A stretch of DNA of 64,000 nt from an uncultured virus (IMG/VR IMGVR_UViG_3300043777_000336) (lineage: Duplodnaviria; Heunggongvirae; Uroviricota; Caudoviricetes). The notes below the pieces were generated by a model. It searched no databases and was not told the origin of the DNA. It was given only the letters and a program-made list of their open reading frames with translations. The stretch is taken from IMG/VR virus record IMGVR_UViG_3300043777_000336; one strand, written 5' to 3'. Below, piece after piece: positions 49,023 through 57,295 of this stretch; positions within the stretch are counted from its first letter, which is position 1, and each line of letters starts with the position of its first letter. A program made the translations under genes and the position numbers.

Positions 49023-49592
49023 GTGTCGTTCAAGCACAAGAGCACCGTCATCTATAAGGTCCATCCCGAGCCGGGTGGTGGCGAGCGTTCGGGCCACGTT
49101 AGCGTTCGGACCGATCGACACGCGAAGGGCGGCTGGTGGACCGTCAGCAATAAGGCCATCGTCCAAGCCCTTGTCGACGGCAGCTATTTGAACAGCTGGA
49201 TGATCGCAGACGATGTCGTCATCGAAGGAGACGACGACGGCGTCTTGTTTATTACATACTACAAGAGAGGTAGAGAAGAGCCACTCTACCAACTCGAGTA
49301 CGAACGACACCATCACATCGACGAACCGTCCAAAAGCTTCTTCGGGAGCGAACCTTCCAAACCAAACCCAACCTCCGATTCATCGACTCTCCAGACCGTA
49401 GGCTGGATCGCGTTCGGCGTTACGGTTGTAGGGCTCGCCGGGTGGTGGCTCTACTCGACCTCGAAAGCGAACACGGCTGCGACGCAGGCTCAGAACGTTC
49501 TACTACCCGCACAGCCCGCGCAGACGCCGCAGACGCAAGATCAAGTTCCACCGTTCATTCCATCTGACGTGTCACAGCCGATTGGAGTTTGA
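49023..49592 (+). CDS. Cargo-fused NP-TM protein
   Basis: ...SKPNP-TSDSSTLQ-TM ending GWWLY. Confidence 0.75.
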   Translation: MSFKHKSTVIYKVHPEPGGGERSGHVSVRTDRHAKGGWWTVSNKAIVQALVDGSYLNSWMIADDVVIEGDDDGVLFITYYKRGREEPLYQLEYERHHHIDEPSKSFFGSEPSKPNPTSDSSTLQTVGWIAFGVTVVGLAGWWLYSTSKANTAATQAQNVLLPAQPAQTPQTQDQVPPFIPSDVSQPIGV

Positions 49593-50008
49593 CCATGCGT
49601 AGAAGGTCTCGACGAGAGTACGACCGAACAAATCCGACCGGTTCCCCTCGGGCCGGCCTCTACGTTGCGCCAGGCCCGCTCTCAACCGGCGAGAAGGTCG
49701 GTCTCGTCGCGGCGGGTGCTGCTGTGCTCGGAATCGTCGGCTACCTCATCTACAAGAGCTCGTCCTCGACAGCCGCTGCGACCCCACCCGCCACGACCGC
49801 AAATCCAACGGCAAACTACCCCGTTGTGCAGACGCCGATCGCCCAGCCTCCCAACATCCTTGCCGGCGGCCCCGTCAATCCGACCGGCGGCCAGATCTAC
49901 GACCCGAACTTCGGTGTAACAGGTCCGACGAGCGAAACGACAATCGGCGGCCAGGTCTACGATCCGAACCTCGGCGGCAGCGGCGCCATCATGCCGAGCG
50001 GAGGCTAA
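49589..50008 (+). CDS. NP-leader TM protein
   Basis: RRRSRREYDRTNP...LSTGE-TM ending GYLIY; GGQxYDPN twice. Confidence 0.8.
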   Translation: MTMRRRSRREYDRTNPTGSPRAGLYVAPGPLSTGEKVGLVAAGAAVLGIVGYLIYKSSSSTAAATPPATTANPTANYPVVQTPIAQPPNILAGGPVNPTGGQIYDPNFGVTGPTSETTIGGQVYDPNLGGSGAIMPSGG

Positions 50009-50011
50009 ATC

Positions 50012-50581
50012 GTGGCCCGAACTGTCGTCATGCTCGGTCGTGGTGTATCCGTTGAGAGAGCTGCTGGATCAAAGGACTGGTACGTCTATCACACACGTCG
50101 AACCGGCATGTGGACATGGACCCCAAATGAACGGATCTCAGGCCCCTTTCGAGACAAACAACAGGCCATTCTCAGCGCGCAAGACATCAGTAGCCGAGTC
50201 CCGATTCCGTGGGGAGAACCTGACTATAAATACGTCCCGGGCGATGGTCCTCATGGCGATCCACGCCACGCATACCCCGGCGACGACGTTCCACTGACGA
50301 TAGGAGAACCCATGCGTCGATATCGCCGAAGAAACCCTCTCACCTCGACTGAGGATCTCGTCATCGCCGGCTTCGGGCTCGCCGTGGCGGGGCTCATCGG
50401 CTACGCCATTTACTCGAAGGGACAAGCGACGGCAGCTGCACCTGCAAACCCGAACATCTCGACGGCGCCGAGCCAGGCCCAGCAGGAAGCCTACGATACC
50501 TGGGTCATGCAGCAGATTCAGCTAGGAAACGTCTCGCCGGCTCAAGCCTCAGCCGCCGGAGCGATTCCGTCGGGAGGCTAA
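50012..50581 (+). CDS. Cargo-fused NP-TM protein with internal start at 50312
   Basis: ...GEPMRRYRRRNP-LTSTED-TM ending GYAIY; AGGAG before internal ATG. Confidence 0.8.
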   Translation: MARTVVMLGRGVSVERAAGSKDWYVYHTRRTGMWTWTPNERISGPFRDKQQAILSAQDISSRVPIPWGEPDYKYVPGDGPHGDPRHAYPGDDVPLTIGEPMRRYRRRNPLTSTEDLVIAGFGLAVAGLIGYAIYSKGQATAAAPANPNISTAPSQAQQEAYDTWVMQQIQLGNVSPAQASAAGAIPSGG

Positions 50582-50584
50582 GTC

Positions 50585-51100
50585 GTGCCTGAGCTATTCA
50601 AGTTCGCCAAGTGGAGTGACGTCCTCGCATACGCACGTAGTGGCGGCCCGCTCTACTACCAGGCACCGTTGGACGCTCGACCGACGAAGCTCTATCCAAA
50701 GACCTATAGCGGGTGCGAATCATGCTACTTGGTTCGCGCCCGTACGATTCGTATCTGGCCGTACGGATCGGTTGGCCGTAGTCGAAGACGTACTTCCGAC
50801 CCGTTCACTGCTGACGTCGATCACCTAGAGCGGTTCAGCGCCCCTGAAGAGCCGATGCTTGGCGACGACTCTTTTCGAAACCCACTCACACAGTCCACGG
50901 ACGCCGAGCACCTCAAGATGACCACCATGGTCGTCGGTGGACTCGCTGCCGCGGGCATCGTCGGCTACATCATCTACAAGGTCAGCCAACCTGCAACGCC
51001 CGTCGTCTCCGCAGCGATGCCGCCCGGCATCCTCGGACCGGGTGGATCGACGACGCCAGTGGGTCCCGTAGCGAACCCGACCGGACCACAAGGAAGCTGA
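50585..51100 (+). CDS. Cargo-fused NP-TM protein
   Basis: ...SFRNP-LTQSTDAE...TM ending GYIIY. Confidence 0.8.
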   Translation: MPELFKFAKWSDVLAYARSGGPLYYQAPLDARPTKLYPKTYSGCESCYLVRARTIRIWPYGSVGRSRRRTSDPFTADVDHLERFSAPEEPMLGDDSFRNPLTQSTDAEHLKMTTMVVGGLAAAGIVGYIIYKVSQPATPVVSAAMPPGILGPGGSTTPVGPVANPTGPQGS

Positions 51101-51102
51101 CC

Positions 51103-51324
51103 ATGAAAAGACGAACAAGTCGCAATCTCGCCCACTGCTGCGAAAACCCACTCACCACGTTCACGACCGAACAGGCCATCTACCTCACGGTCGGCGGCAT
51201 CGTGGCGGCTAGCGTCTTCGGCTACCTCCTCTACAATGCCGGCAAGAGCACACAGCAGATCGCCGACCTGCAAGCCTACCAGGCCGGAACGTTCGGACAG
51301 GCCACGACGACCGCGGGAGGCTGA
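51103..51324 (+). CDS. NP-leader TM protein
   Basis: MKRRTSRNLAHCCENP-LTTFTTEQ-TM ending GYLLY. Confidence 0.8.
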   Translation: MKRRTSRNLAHCCENPLTTFTTEQAIYLTVGGIVAASVFGYLLYNAGKSTQQIADLQAYQAGTFGQATTTAGG

Positions 51325-51325
51325 C

Positions 51326-51574
51326 ATGGCGAATCTCGGTTACCCCATCGAAGTCGGTTCTCTAGGCGCGGTTCTGGGTATCGGCGCGGCCATTCTCTCG
51401 AGCGGTGGCGACTCGCGCAAGATCGCGCAGATCGGCGGCATGACCGCGGCTGGCGCCGGACTCGGTATGGCCCTCGACCCCGAAGGCGGCGAAGCCGAGG
51501 CCATCGCGGGAACACTCATCGCGATCGGTGGCATCATCGCGGCCGTCTTCATGGGGAACGGGGCGCGATCGTAG
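51326..51574 (+). CDS. Gly-rich multi-TM protein
   Basis: GxxxG-rich hydrophobic segments; GGAGG RBS. Confidence 0.65.
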   Translation: MANLGYPIEVGSLGAVLGIGAAILSSGGDSRKIAQIGGMTAAGAGLGMALDPEGGEAEAIAGTLIAIGGIIAAVFMGNGARS

Positions 51575-52360
51575 TCAAACCCTACTCGATAGCGGCGCAT
51601 TTCTAGGAAGTCCTTGTAACTCCAAGGCCTGTCTCGCGTCTCTGGGAAGACCCAACTGCCTATTCTTGAAACGCTGTATGGCAGAATATAGTCCTTGAAC
51701 GGACATCTCGAATTGTGCCGACAGCTCACTTACCGAGACTCCGATTGAAATAAGTTTCAGTATTCGATTCATGTCTTCATCGGAGATTCTAGACTTGTGC
51801 CGGACAGTTGTACCGTTGAGTCTAGACGTCTCCCAAGCCTTACGAGCCGCCGCGCGCAAGGTCTCTGGTCCCTTAGTCGCAATCGCTTTGTTGACAGATT
51901 TGGTCCGTTCCTCTTTTGGAATTCTCGATTTTGCTGATCGAAGAATCTCGCTCAGCCCAGGAACGGTAACTGCACACTGACCGCCTGGCGCAACGTTATA
52001 ACCACGAGGTGATCTGCTATCTAGTTTCGAAATCCAAAATCTCTCTCGTTCATTCGCTTCAGACCTGCCGATAACCTCTTCTAAAAGCTCGTGTCTAAAA
52101 CTGTCGGCGCCGAACTTACATATAGCTTGTTGCAGTTTAGTGAGTCTTCCATTTCGTCGAGACGTATTGACCTCGTCTCGCCACCGCCGCAGCACCGATC
52201 GAGCCGACACATCCGCATATTTCAGCTCCTTCGTTCGATGCTTCACTTGTCCCACGTACCGTTTCCCATCGTTAGGTCGAGTGCCCGAACCGCGCGGATC
52301 AGCATCGTTAGTGCGAACGTAAATCGAGAAGATCTCGATGTTGTTTCCTGCGCCTTCCAC
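51575..52360 (-). CDS. GIY-YIG homing endonuclease-like protein (start uncertain), antisense insertion
   Basis: SIYVRTN...RYVGQ, R, ANERERFWI...GYNVAPGG; C-terminal HTH; lower GC. Confidence 0.85.
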   Translation of the reverse strand: MEGAGNNIEIFSIYVRTNDADPRGSGTRPNDGKRYVGQVKHRTKELKYADVSARSVLRRWRDEVNTSRRNGRLTKLQQAICKFGADSFRHELLEEVIGRSEANERERFWISKLDSRSPRGYNVAPGGQCAVTVPGLSEILRSAKSRIPKEERTKSVNKAIATKGPETLRAAARKAWETSRLNGTTVRHKSRISDEDMNRILKLISIGVSVSELSAQFEMSVQGLYSAIQRFKNRQLGLPRDARQALELQGLPRNAPLSSRV

Positions 52361-52376
52361 AGGTAGACTGTACCCC

Positions 52377-52679
52377 ATGGCACGTCGGTTTCGGAAGCCA
52401 AACCCGCAGCAAGAAGACGGGATCTCTACGAACACGATCTTGATCCTCGGCCTAGGGACCGCCCTACTCGGTGCCATCGCGTACGCCGTGTACCAGATCA
52501 GCCAGACCAACGCTGCCATCGCCGATGCTTCACAATCCGCAGCCGGAGTCGGCGAGCAGATCGGATCCGCGGCAGTAAGTGGGCAATCGGCCGCAGATCA
52601 GATTGCCGCTCTGAATCAACAGATTCAAGACATCCAAAACAGTGCCCTCTACCAACGATTGAACCAGGGGCTCCAATGA
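52377..52679 (+). CDS. NP-leader TM protein with coiled-coil tail
   Basis: MARRFRKPNP-QQEDGISTN-TM ending AYAVY. Confidence 0.8.
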   Translation: MARRFRKPNPQQEDGISTNTILILGLGTALLGAIAYAVYQISQTNAAIADASQSAAGVGEQIGSAAVSGQSAADQIAALNQQIQDIQNSALYQRLNQGLQ

Positions 52680-52930
52680 GACGACGAAAGAACCCTATGG
52701 CCGTTCCGGTATACGACGCGGCTATTCTCATCGGCATTGGCGTGGTCGTAGGTGGTGTCGCGTACTTTCTCTACTCCAAGAGCCAATCAAACTCGTTGGT
52801 TACCGACACCGGAGGACCGCAGCAGGTACCCGGCGCATCTCCAGGCGTAGTCAACCTCGGCCAAGGTGGGACGAGCGGAAACCTACCACTCGGTCAAGAA
52901 TCGACTCAGACGGGCCCCGCAGGGACGTGA
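52676..52930 (+). CDS. NP-leader TM protein
   Basis: MRRRKNP-MAVPVYD-TM ending AYFLY. Confidence 0.8.
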   Translation: MRRRKNPMAVPVYDAAILIGIGVVVGGVAYFLYSKSQSNSLVTDTGGPQQVPGASPGVVNLGQGGTSGNLPLGQESTQTGPAGT

Positions 52931-53013
52931 TGCGTCGCCGCAACCAATCAGGGCGCTACTTCAACTACCGCCAGCATGGTCCCAATCCTCTCGTAGCGGT
53001 CGCGGCCGGGTGA
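52930..53013 (+). pseudogene. Truncated NP-family ORF (27 aa)
   Basis: MRRRNQSGRYFNYRQHGPNPLVAVAAG* stops at the start of the hydrophobic segment. Confidence 0.4.
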
Positions 53014-53029
53014 TAGGCTAGGAGACGTC

Positions 53030-53479
53030 ATGGAAACGTGCGTAAAGTGCGGACGACGCATCGGACTGAACGGACTGCCTGAGGGCGTGGGAGCAACCGC
53101 CGTACCGGGCGCAAAGCCTGGAAAGCCTCTCTGGTCTCTCTACGCACCCTGGTGGGCTTTGACCGTGCCCTACAGCTGGCGTTTTTTCGGCATTGGACCC
53201 AAGACCATCTACGGAGCTCCCGCATGGGGTCCGACCACGAACGGTCTATGGGTTCGACCTGAGCCGACAGGAGGTCTATTTGGACCACTCGGCGGCATGC
53301 CGTGGGTTTGGTATCCTTCTCCCGGATCTTCGATGCTCATTCACGGGCGCCTCGTAGCTTCCGGTCCCATTCCTAAGTCCGGCGTCGTCACACAGACGCT
53401 TCCCGGCTACTGGGTCAGCGGCGGAGGTCTGACGCCAAACGCTCCGCCTCCACCTGATCCTGCATACAACCCATCATGA
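53030..53479 (+). CDS. Trp/Pro/Gly-rich WVWYP-domain protein
   Basis: GLWVRPEP...PWVWYPSPG. Confidence 0.7.
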   Translation: METCVKCGRRIGLNGLPEGVGATAVPGAKPGKPLWSLYAPWWALTVPYSWRFFGIGPKTIYGAPAWGPTTNGLWVRPEPTGGLFGPLGGMPWVWYPSPGSSMLIHGRLVASGPIPKSGVVTQTLPGYWVSGGGLTPNAPPPPDPAYNPS

Positions 53480-53703
53480 CCGCTCCCGCCACCCTCATCC
53501 CTGCCGGCGTCGCGGGTCTTGCTGGCGCCGCGTACGCGTACTCGGAACACGAGAACGAAGAAGAGACTCTCGTACTCGCCGGCAGCGCGGCTGCTGTGGG
53601 ACTTGGGGCCTCGTTGCTCTACAACGAATCCAACTATTGGGCTGGGATCCCGCTCATTCTGGCCGGCGGTCTCGCCGCGATGATGGCACTGAAGAGGAGA
53701 TGA
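53476..53703 (+). CDS. Small Gly/Ala-rich 3-TM protein
   Basis: Three hydrophobic segments, KRR end. Confidence 0.65.
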   Translation: MTAPATLIPAGVAGLAGAAYAYSEHENEEETLVLAGSAAAVGLGASLLYNESNYWAGIPLILAGGLAAMMALKRR

Positions 53704-54221
53704 TCATGGGACGAATTGCGGTGAGACAGGCTGGCGTTGGGAGACGACCGCGCGGCCTCGGACAGGTGCTTCCCACGTGTGCGAGCCTCGACGCGTCGCA
53801 GAACATCCCGCAGGGAATTCTCGTTGCCGGTGGAGGTCTCGCGACGCTCGTAGGGGTCATCGGCGCCATCTTCTCCGACCAGTACCGCAAGCAGTTCGCT
53901 ATCGCGGCGGGCGCAGGCATCGTCTCGAGCTTCATCGGCGGGCTTTGGGCGGGTAGCACGTTCACGTTCTCGCCGCAGTGTACCGGACCCGGCATGCCGT
54001 CGCTCGGCGCCGCCTCGGTCAATCCAGACCAGTCCACGCCCGCAGGACAGCAGCCCGGACTCTTCGGACCCTCCACGCCCACGCCATCAGTGCTGCAAGC
54101 CACAGCTGCCAACCCTCAGGTCACAGACGCTCAAGGCAACGTGTGGTCTCAACCGACTCCACCGCAACCACTCACGCCCGCGCAGCAAGCCCAGATGAAT
54201 TACGCTGCCAGTTTGCCGTAA
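53700..54221 (+). CDS. RGLGQ-leader 2-TM protein, tandem paralog of 54232..54744
   Basis: RRPRGLGQ-VLPTCASLD...PQGILVAGGGLATLVGVIGAIFS...PQCTGPG. Confidence 0.8.
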   Translation: MIMGRIAVRQAGVGRRPRGLGQVLPTCASLDASQNIPQGILVAGGGLATLVGVIGAIFSDQYRKQFAIAAGAGIVSSFIGGLWAGSTFTFSPQCTGPGMPSLGAASVNPDQSTPAGQQPGLFGPSTPTPSVLQATAANPQVTDAQGNVWSQPTPPQPLTPAQQAQMNYAASLP

Positions 54222-54231
54222 AGAGGAAACC

Positions 54232-54744
54232 ATGCTCAAGCGAACACGAAGAGGTTTCGGTCAAACGCCTGGCGCGACAGCCGGAGCGATCATGACCCCG
54301 GGCTACGCGCCACCAACGCCCCCAACGCAGTCGACCGTGGGCTTGCCCACGTGCGCGAGCATCGACTACTCGACGACCGTTCCACAGGGTATCCTCATCG
54401 CTGGAGGGGGTATCGCCACGCTCGTCGGTGTCATTGGCGCGATCTTCTCTGAAGACTACCGGAAGGAATTCGCCGTCGCGGCAGGTGCCGGGCTCGTCTC
54501 GAGCCTCCTCGGTGGTATCTGGGCAGCAGCGTCGATGCCACAGCTCATCCAGAACCAGTGGAACCCGCAGTGTACGGGTCCCGGGGTCGCATGGCTCGAC
54601 GGCGCCTCGGTGAATTCGGACCAGACGACGCCACCAGGGCAGGTTCCGACTGGCACGAATTGGGGTCAGAGCGTAGGAGGCGCAGATCCGAACTTTTACG
54701 CCAACCCGGCCAACCAAAGCACAACGTCGTCCGCTGGCGTCTAG
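54232..54744 (+). CDS. RGFGQ-leader 2-TM protein
   Basis: RTRRGFGQ...LPTCASID...PQGILIAGGGIATLVGVIGAIFS...PQCTGPG. Confidence 0.8.
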   Translation: MLKRTRRGFGQTPGATAGAIMTPGYAPPTPPTQSTVGLPTCASIDYSTTVPQGILIAGGGIATLVGVIGAIFSEDYRKEFAVAAGAGLVSSLLGGIWAAASMPQLIQNQWNPQCTGPGVAWLDGASVNSDQTTPPGQVPTGTNWGQSVGGADPNFYANPANQSTTSSAGV

Positions 54745-54847
54745 CTATACACACTTAAACGACCTCTGGATCAAACTGGGTCTGGCGTTCGTCGTCGCGG
54801 TCATGGTGATTGCGGCCGTCTATTTGAGCGGCCGAGGAAAGTAGAAC

Positions 54848-55207
54848 ATGCATCCCATCATTGGACTCGGACTCGTCGGACTCGGACTCGTTGGAGTCGC
54901 TCAAGCCAAAAAGCCGTCTATGGCTCTACCTGTCTTCCGGCCCGGCTTCGGCTGGTTCAAGATAGGGAGGCGACCAACTCGCGCACCTCAAAGCGGAAAC
55001 GGTTCGTGGCTTCAGACCTCCATCGGTTGGGTCTGGTATCCCGCTCCCGGGACGATGCTGCTCATGAACGGGAACGTGTGGGTCGCCAACACGATGACGA
55101 CACCTGCGCCTCCTCCTGGCGCGAATGGCGGGAGCTGGCGACCGGTGACAGCAGGGCCCGGTCCCAACCGATACTGGACGTGGACACCGACACATCGAGG
55201 AGGCTGA
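54848..55207 (+). CDS. WVWYP-domain protein with hydrophobic N-terminus
   Basis: IIGLGLVGLGLVGVAQA; GSWLQTSIGWVWYPAPG. Confidence 0.7.
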   Translation: MHPIIGLGLVGLGLVGVAQAKKPSMALPVFRPGFGWFKIGRRPTRAPQSGNGSWLQTSIGWVWYPAPGTMLLMNGNVWVANTMTTPAPPPGANGGSWRPVTAGPGPNRYWTWTPTHRGG

Positions 55208-55208
55208 G

Positions 55209-55547
55209 ATGAGAAGGGCAACCTACGATCGAGAAAATCAATTGTCGACCACGGAAGGGGTGCTCATCGCTGCCGGTGTCGTCGTTTTGATCCTTGTGGG
55301 CTACGGCATCTACATCTCGGCCAGCGGCGCAAGCAGTCTCATGAACGCTTTCATCGCGGCCAACCCAGGAGTACCCGCTACCTCGGCGAATCTTCAGGCG
55401 TGGCTTCAGACCCCTGCGGGGCAACAGGCTCTCACGACGAATGCGCCGTCCTATCTTCCACCGCCGACACCTCAGACTCCGCCCGTCACACCTCCGGTTG
55501 CCCCTACTTCGTTCATGGGACCGGCTTACGGCGGATCTCCGGTGTAG
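55209..55547 (+). CDS. NP-family variant (NQ) TM protein
   Basis: MRRATYDRENQ-LSTTE-TM ending GYGIY. Confidence 0.75.
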   Translation: MRRATYDRENQLSTTEGVLIAAGVVVLILVGYGIYISASGASSLMNAFIAANPGVPATSANLQAWLQTPAGQQALTTNAPSYLPPPTPQTPPVTPPVAPTSFMGPAYGGSPV

Positions 55548-56640
55548 TCACTCCCCGTCCTTCTTTCCAGGCACTCCGGTCTTCGCCTTCTCCAAGATCT
55601 CGCCGACCCTAGCGAATGGCTTCGTCGCTGGCAGCGATCCGCTCGAAACACGACGCGCCGGCTCGGTCGGAGTCTCTTCCTGCGAATCGAAATTTCCGAG
55701 CTCGATTCGATCGAGACGGCGAGCGAACACGTCGAGCAATTCCCACAGAGCTTGAGGAACACTCGCCTCGTTACGAAGCCTCTGGATGAGATCCGTGGTC
55801 AGCGCCCGAAGCTCTTCCCTCTCCATGCCCCCGAGAATAGCTCAGCCGGGCGGCACCTTCGACCGGAAGATGAGCCGCGGGAAGATCGAGTAGAGCACGG
55901 CCTCGAAGCGCGAAAATTGCGCTCGACGCAAATACAGGTACCAGCGGTACGGACGCCAGGTCATGGGATTGGAAAATGCGAGGCCCCGCAGACGCTCTGA
56001 GGCGCGAGGCCCAGGAACGCGAGATCGTGGATCGCAAGACGGAAGTAGCGGTCCTCTTCTACGTGCGCGGCCAGAAAGCGCCAGGTGTTCGCGTTGCCGC
56101 GAAACGTCTCGGCTCTCTCCTTCGCCATCGCGATGCCGAGCGCAAGCATCCGTTGCTCGTCGTACCCCGGCGGCATGTACCCTCCTCCCATGACACCGGG
56201 AGGAACGATGGGTCGAATCGGCCGGACGTTCTCAGGAAGATTCGCCTTCTCCGCTTCGGCTTCGGCGCGCTCTGCCATCTTGATCAAGAGCGACTGGATC
56301 TCTTGGCCACGCAGACAGAACACGAGAATGTCTGGCGACGCTGCGTGCGCTGCGCCCAAGACCTCTTTCATCTTTTCCGCGAAACGGTCCTGATCGTCTT
56401 CGATGCTCATTTGCTGATCGCCTTCTTGGCAGCGCTGATCGCCTTCTTCAACTCTCTCGCGCTCAACCCGTCGTGCTTCGCAAGGCGCTTGGCGCAGCGA
56501 ACGATCAACGCCCCAACCGGACGCATGGGACTTCTCTGAAGTCCAAGTCCGAACGCCAGAAGGAACGCGTCCTGTGTAACCTTCCGCCTGATCTTGCCCG
56601 CGATTTTCACGGCCGCATTGAATTCGATCTTATCCATCAT
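55548..56640 (-). other. Minus-strand hypothetical genes (55548-55826, 55961-56410, 56407-56640)
   Basis: Coupled minus-strand ORFs downstream of the RHH gene. Confidence 0.6.
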
Positions 56641-57017
56641 TCTCCCACCGCCGTCTGCCGCTCCTGACGTTGAACCGTCTTCCTCGAAATGTACTCGAGC
56701 GCGACGGCTCTAGCCCAAAGTCCAAACGGCACGCCTTCTTGCGCGGCGATGCGGGCCGCACGCTTGTACTCGGGGGGACGGAACCTGATGGAAATCGGAG
56801 CGCCGACGACGCCGTTCGACGTGTACCGGAGTCTCGGCACGCTCAGGTCCGACTCGATGGACACGACGCGCATCATGACAAGCTCGCGAAGAAATACGGT
56901 GGCACCTTCACCTTGCTTCGCGGCAACAAGCCGTAACGCCTCGAGATCCTGAGGTCGGAAGCGAATGCAGAGCGGCGTCAATGCGCGCTCGGTCACGGTC
57001 GGTTTTTTCCTTACCAT
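56637..57017 (-). CDS. Tandem ribbon-helix-helix-like regulator
   Basis: PLCIRFRPQDLEALRLVAAKQG...FLRELV and PISIRFRPPEYKRAARIAAQEG...WARAVA. Confidence 0.7.
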   Translation of the reverse strand: MVRKKPTVTERALTPLCIRFRPQDLEALRLVAAKQGEGATVFLRELVMMRVVSIESDLSVPRLRYTSNGVVGAPISIRFRPPEYKRAARIAAQEGVPFGLWARAVALEYISRKTVQRQERQTAVGE

Positions 57018-57123
57018 GGGTCACGAATCTATCTGGTACACGGGCGTATTGCAAACCGACGGCCGTGACGTCGATTCGACTTGCATCAGGTTTCCTTTGG
57101 ATACATAATGCAGCAAGAGCGAA
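57018..57123. promoter_or_regulatory. Divergent sigma70-like promoters
   Basis: Minus strand TTGCAA-17-TAGATT, 8 nt before ATG 57017; plus strand TTGCAT(57081)-17-CATAAT. Confidence 0.6.
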
Positions 57124-57294
57124 ATGAAGAAAACCATCGATAAGACGGACATCCTAAGGCTCGCCGCCGAAGCGCAGATCGACCCGCGGACCGTGAAGCG
57201 CGCTCTCGATAACGGCATCGACTCGCTTCGAGCCGAGGTCGATCGTCAACGACTCCGCGACGCCGCAAAACGACTCGGACTGAGTGTTGGGTAA
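57124..57294 (+). CDS. Small HTH protein (56 aa, below the ORF-track cutoff), paralog of 42707..42907
   Basis: MKKTIDKTDILRLAAEAQIDPRTVKRALDNGIDSLRAEVDRQRLRDAAKRLGLSVG. Confidence 0.8.
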   Translation: MKKTIDKTDILRLAAEAQIDPRTVKRALDNGIDSLRAEVDRQRLRDAAKRLGLSVG

Positions 57295-57295
57295 C

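Noticed and set aside
1172..54744. NP and RGFGQ leaders as type IV prepilin or Tat signals
   Set aside because: No G|F-x-x-x-E followed directly by a hydrophobic helix, and no S/T-R-R-x-F-L-K; the motif is often internal.
1172..55207. Many ORFs end in GG (PPGG, PAGG, PSGG, TAGG, HRGG), suggesting ubiquitin-like C-termini
   Set aside because: In several cases the GGA-GGC codons form the GGAGG Shine-Dalgarno of the next coupled gene; no beta-grasp fold or E1-like enzyme is seen.
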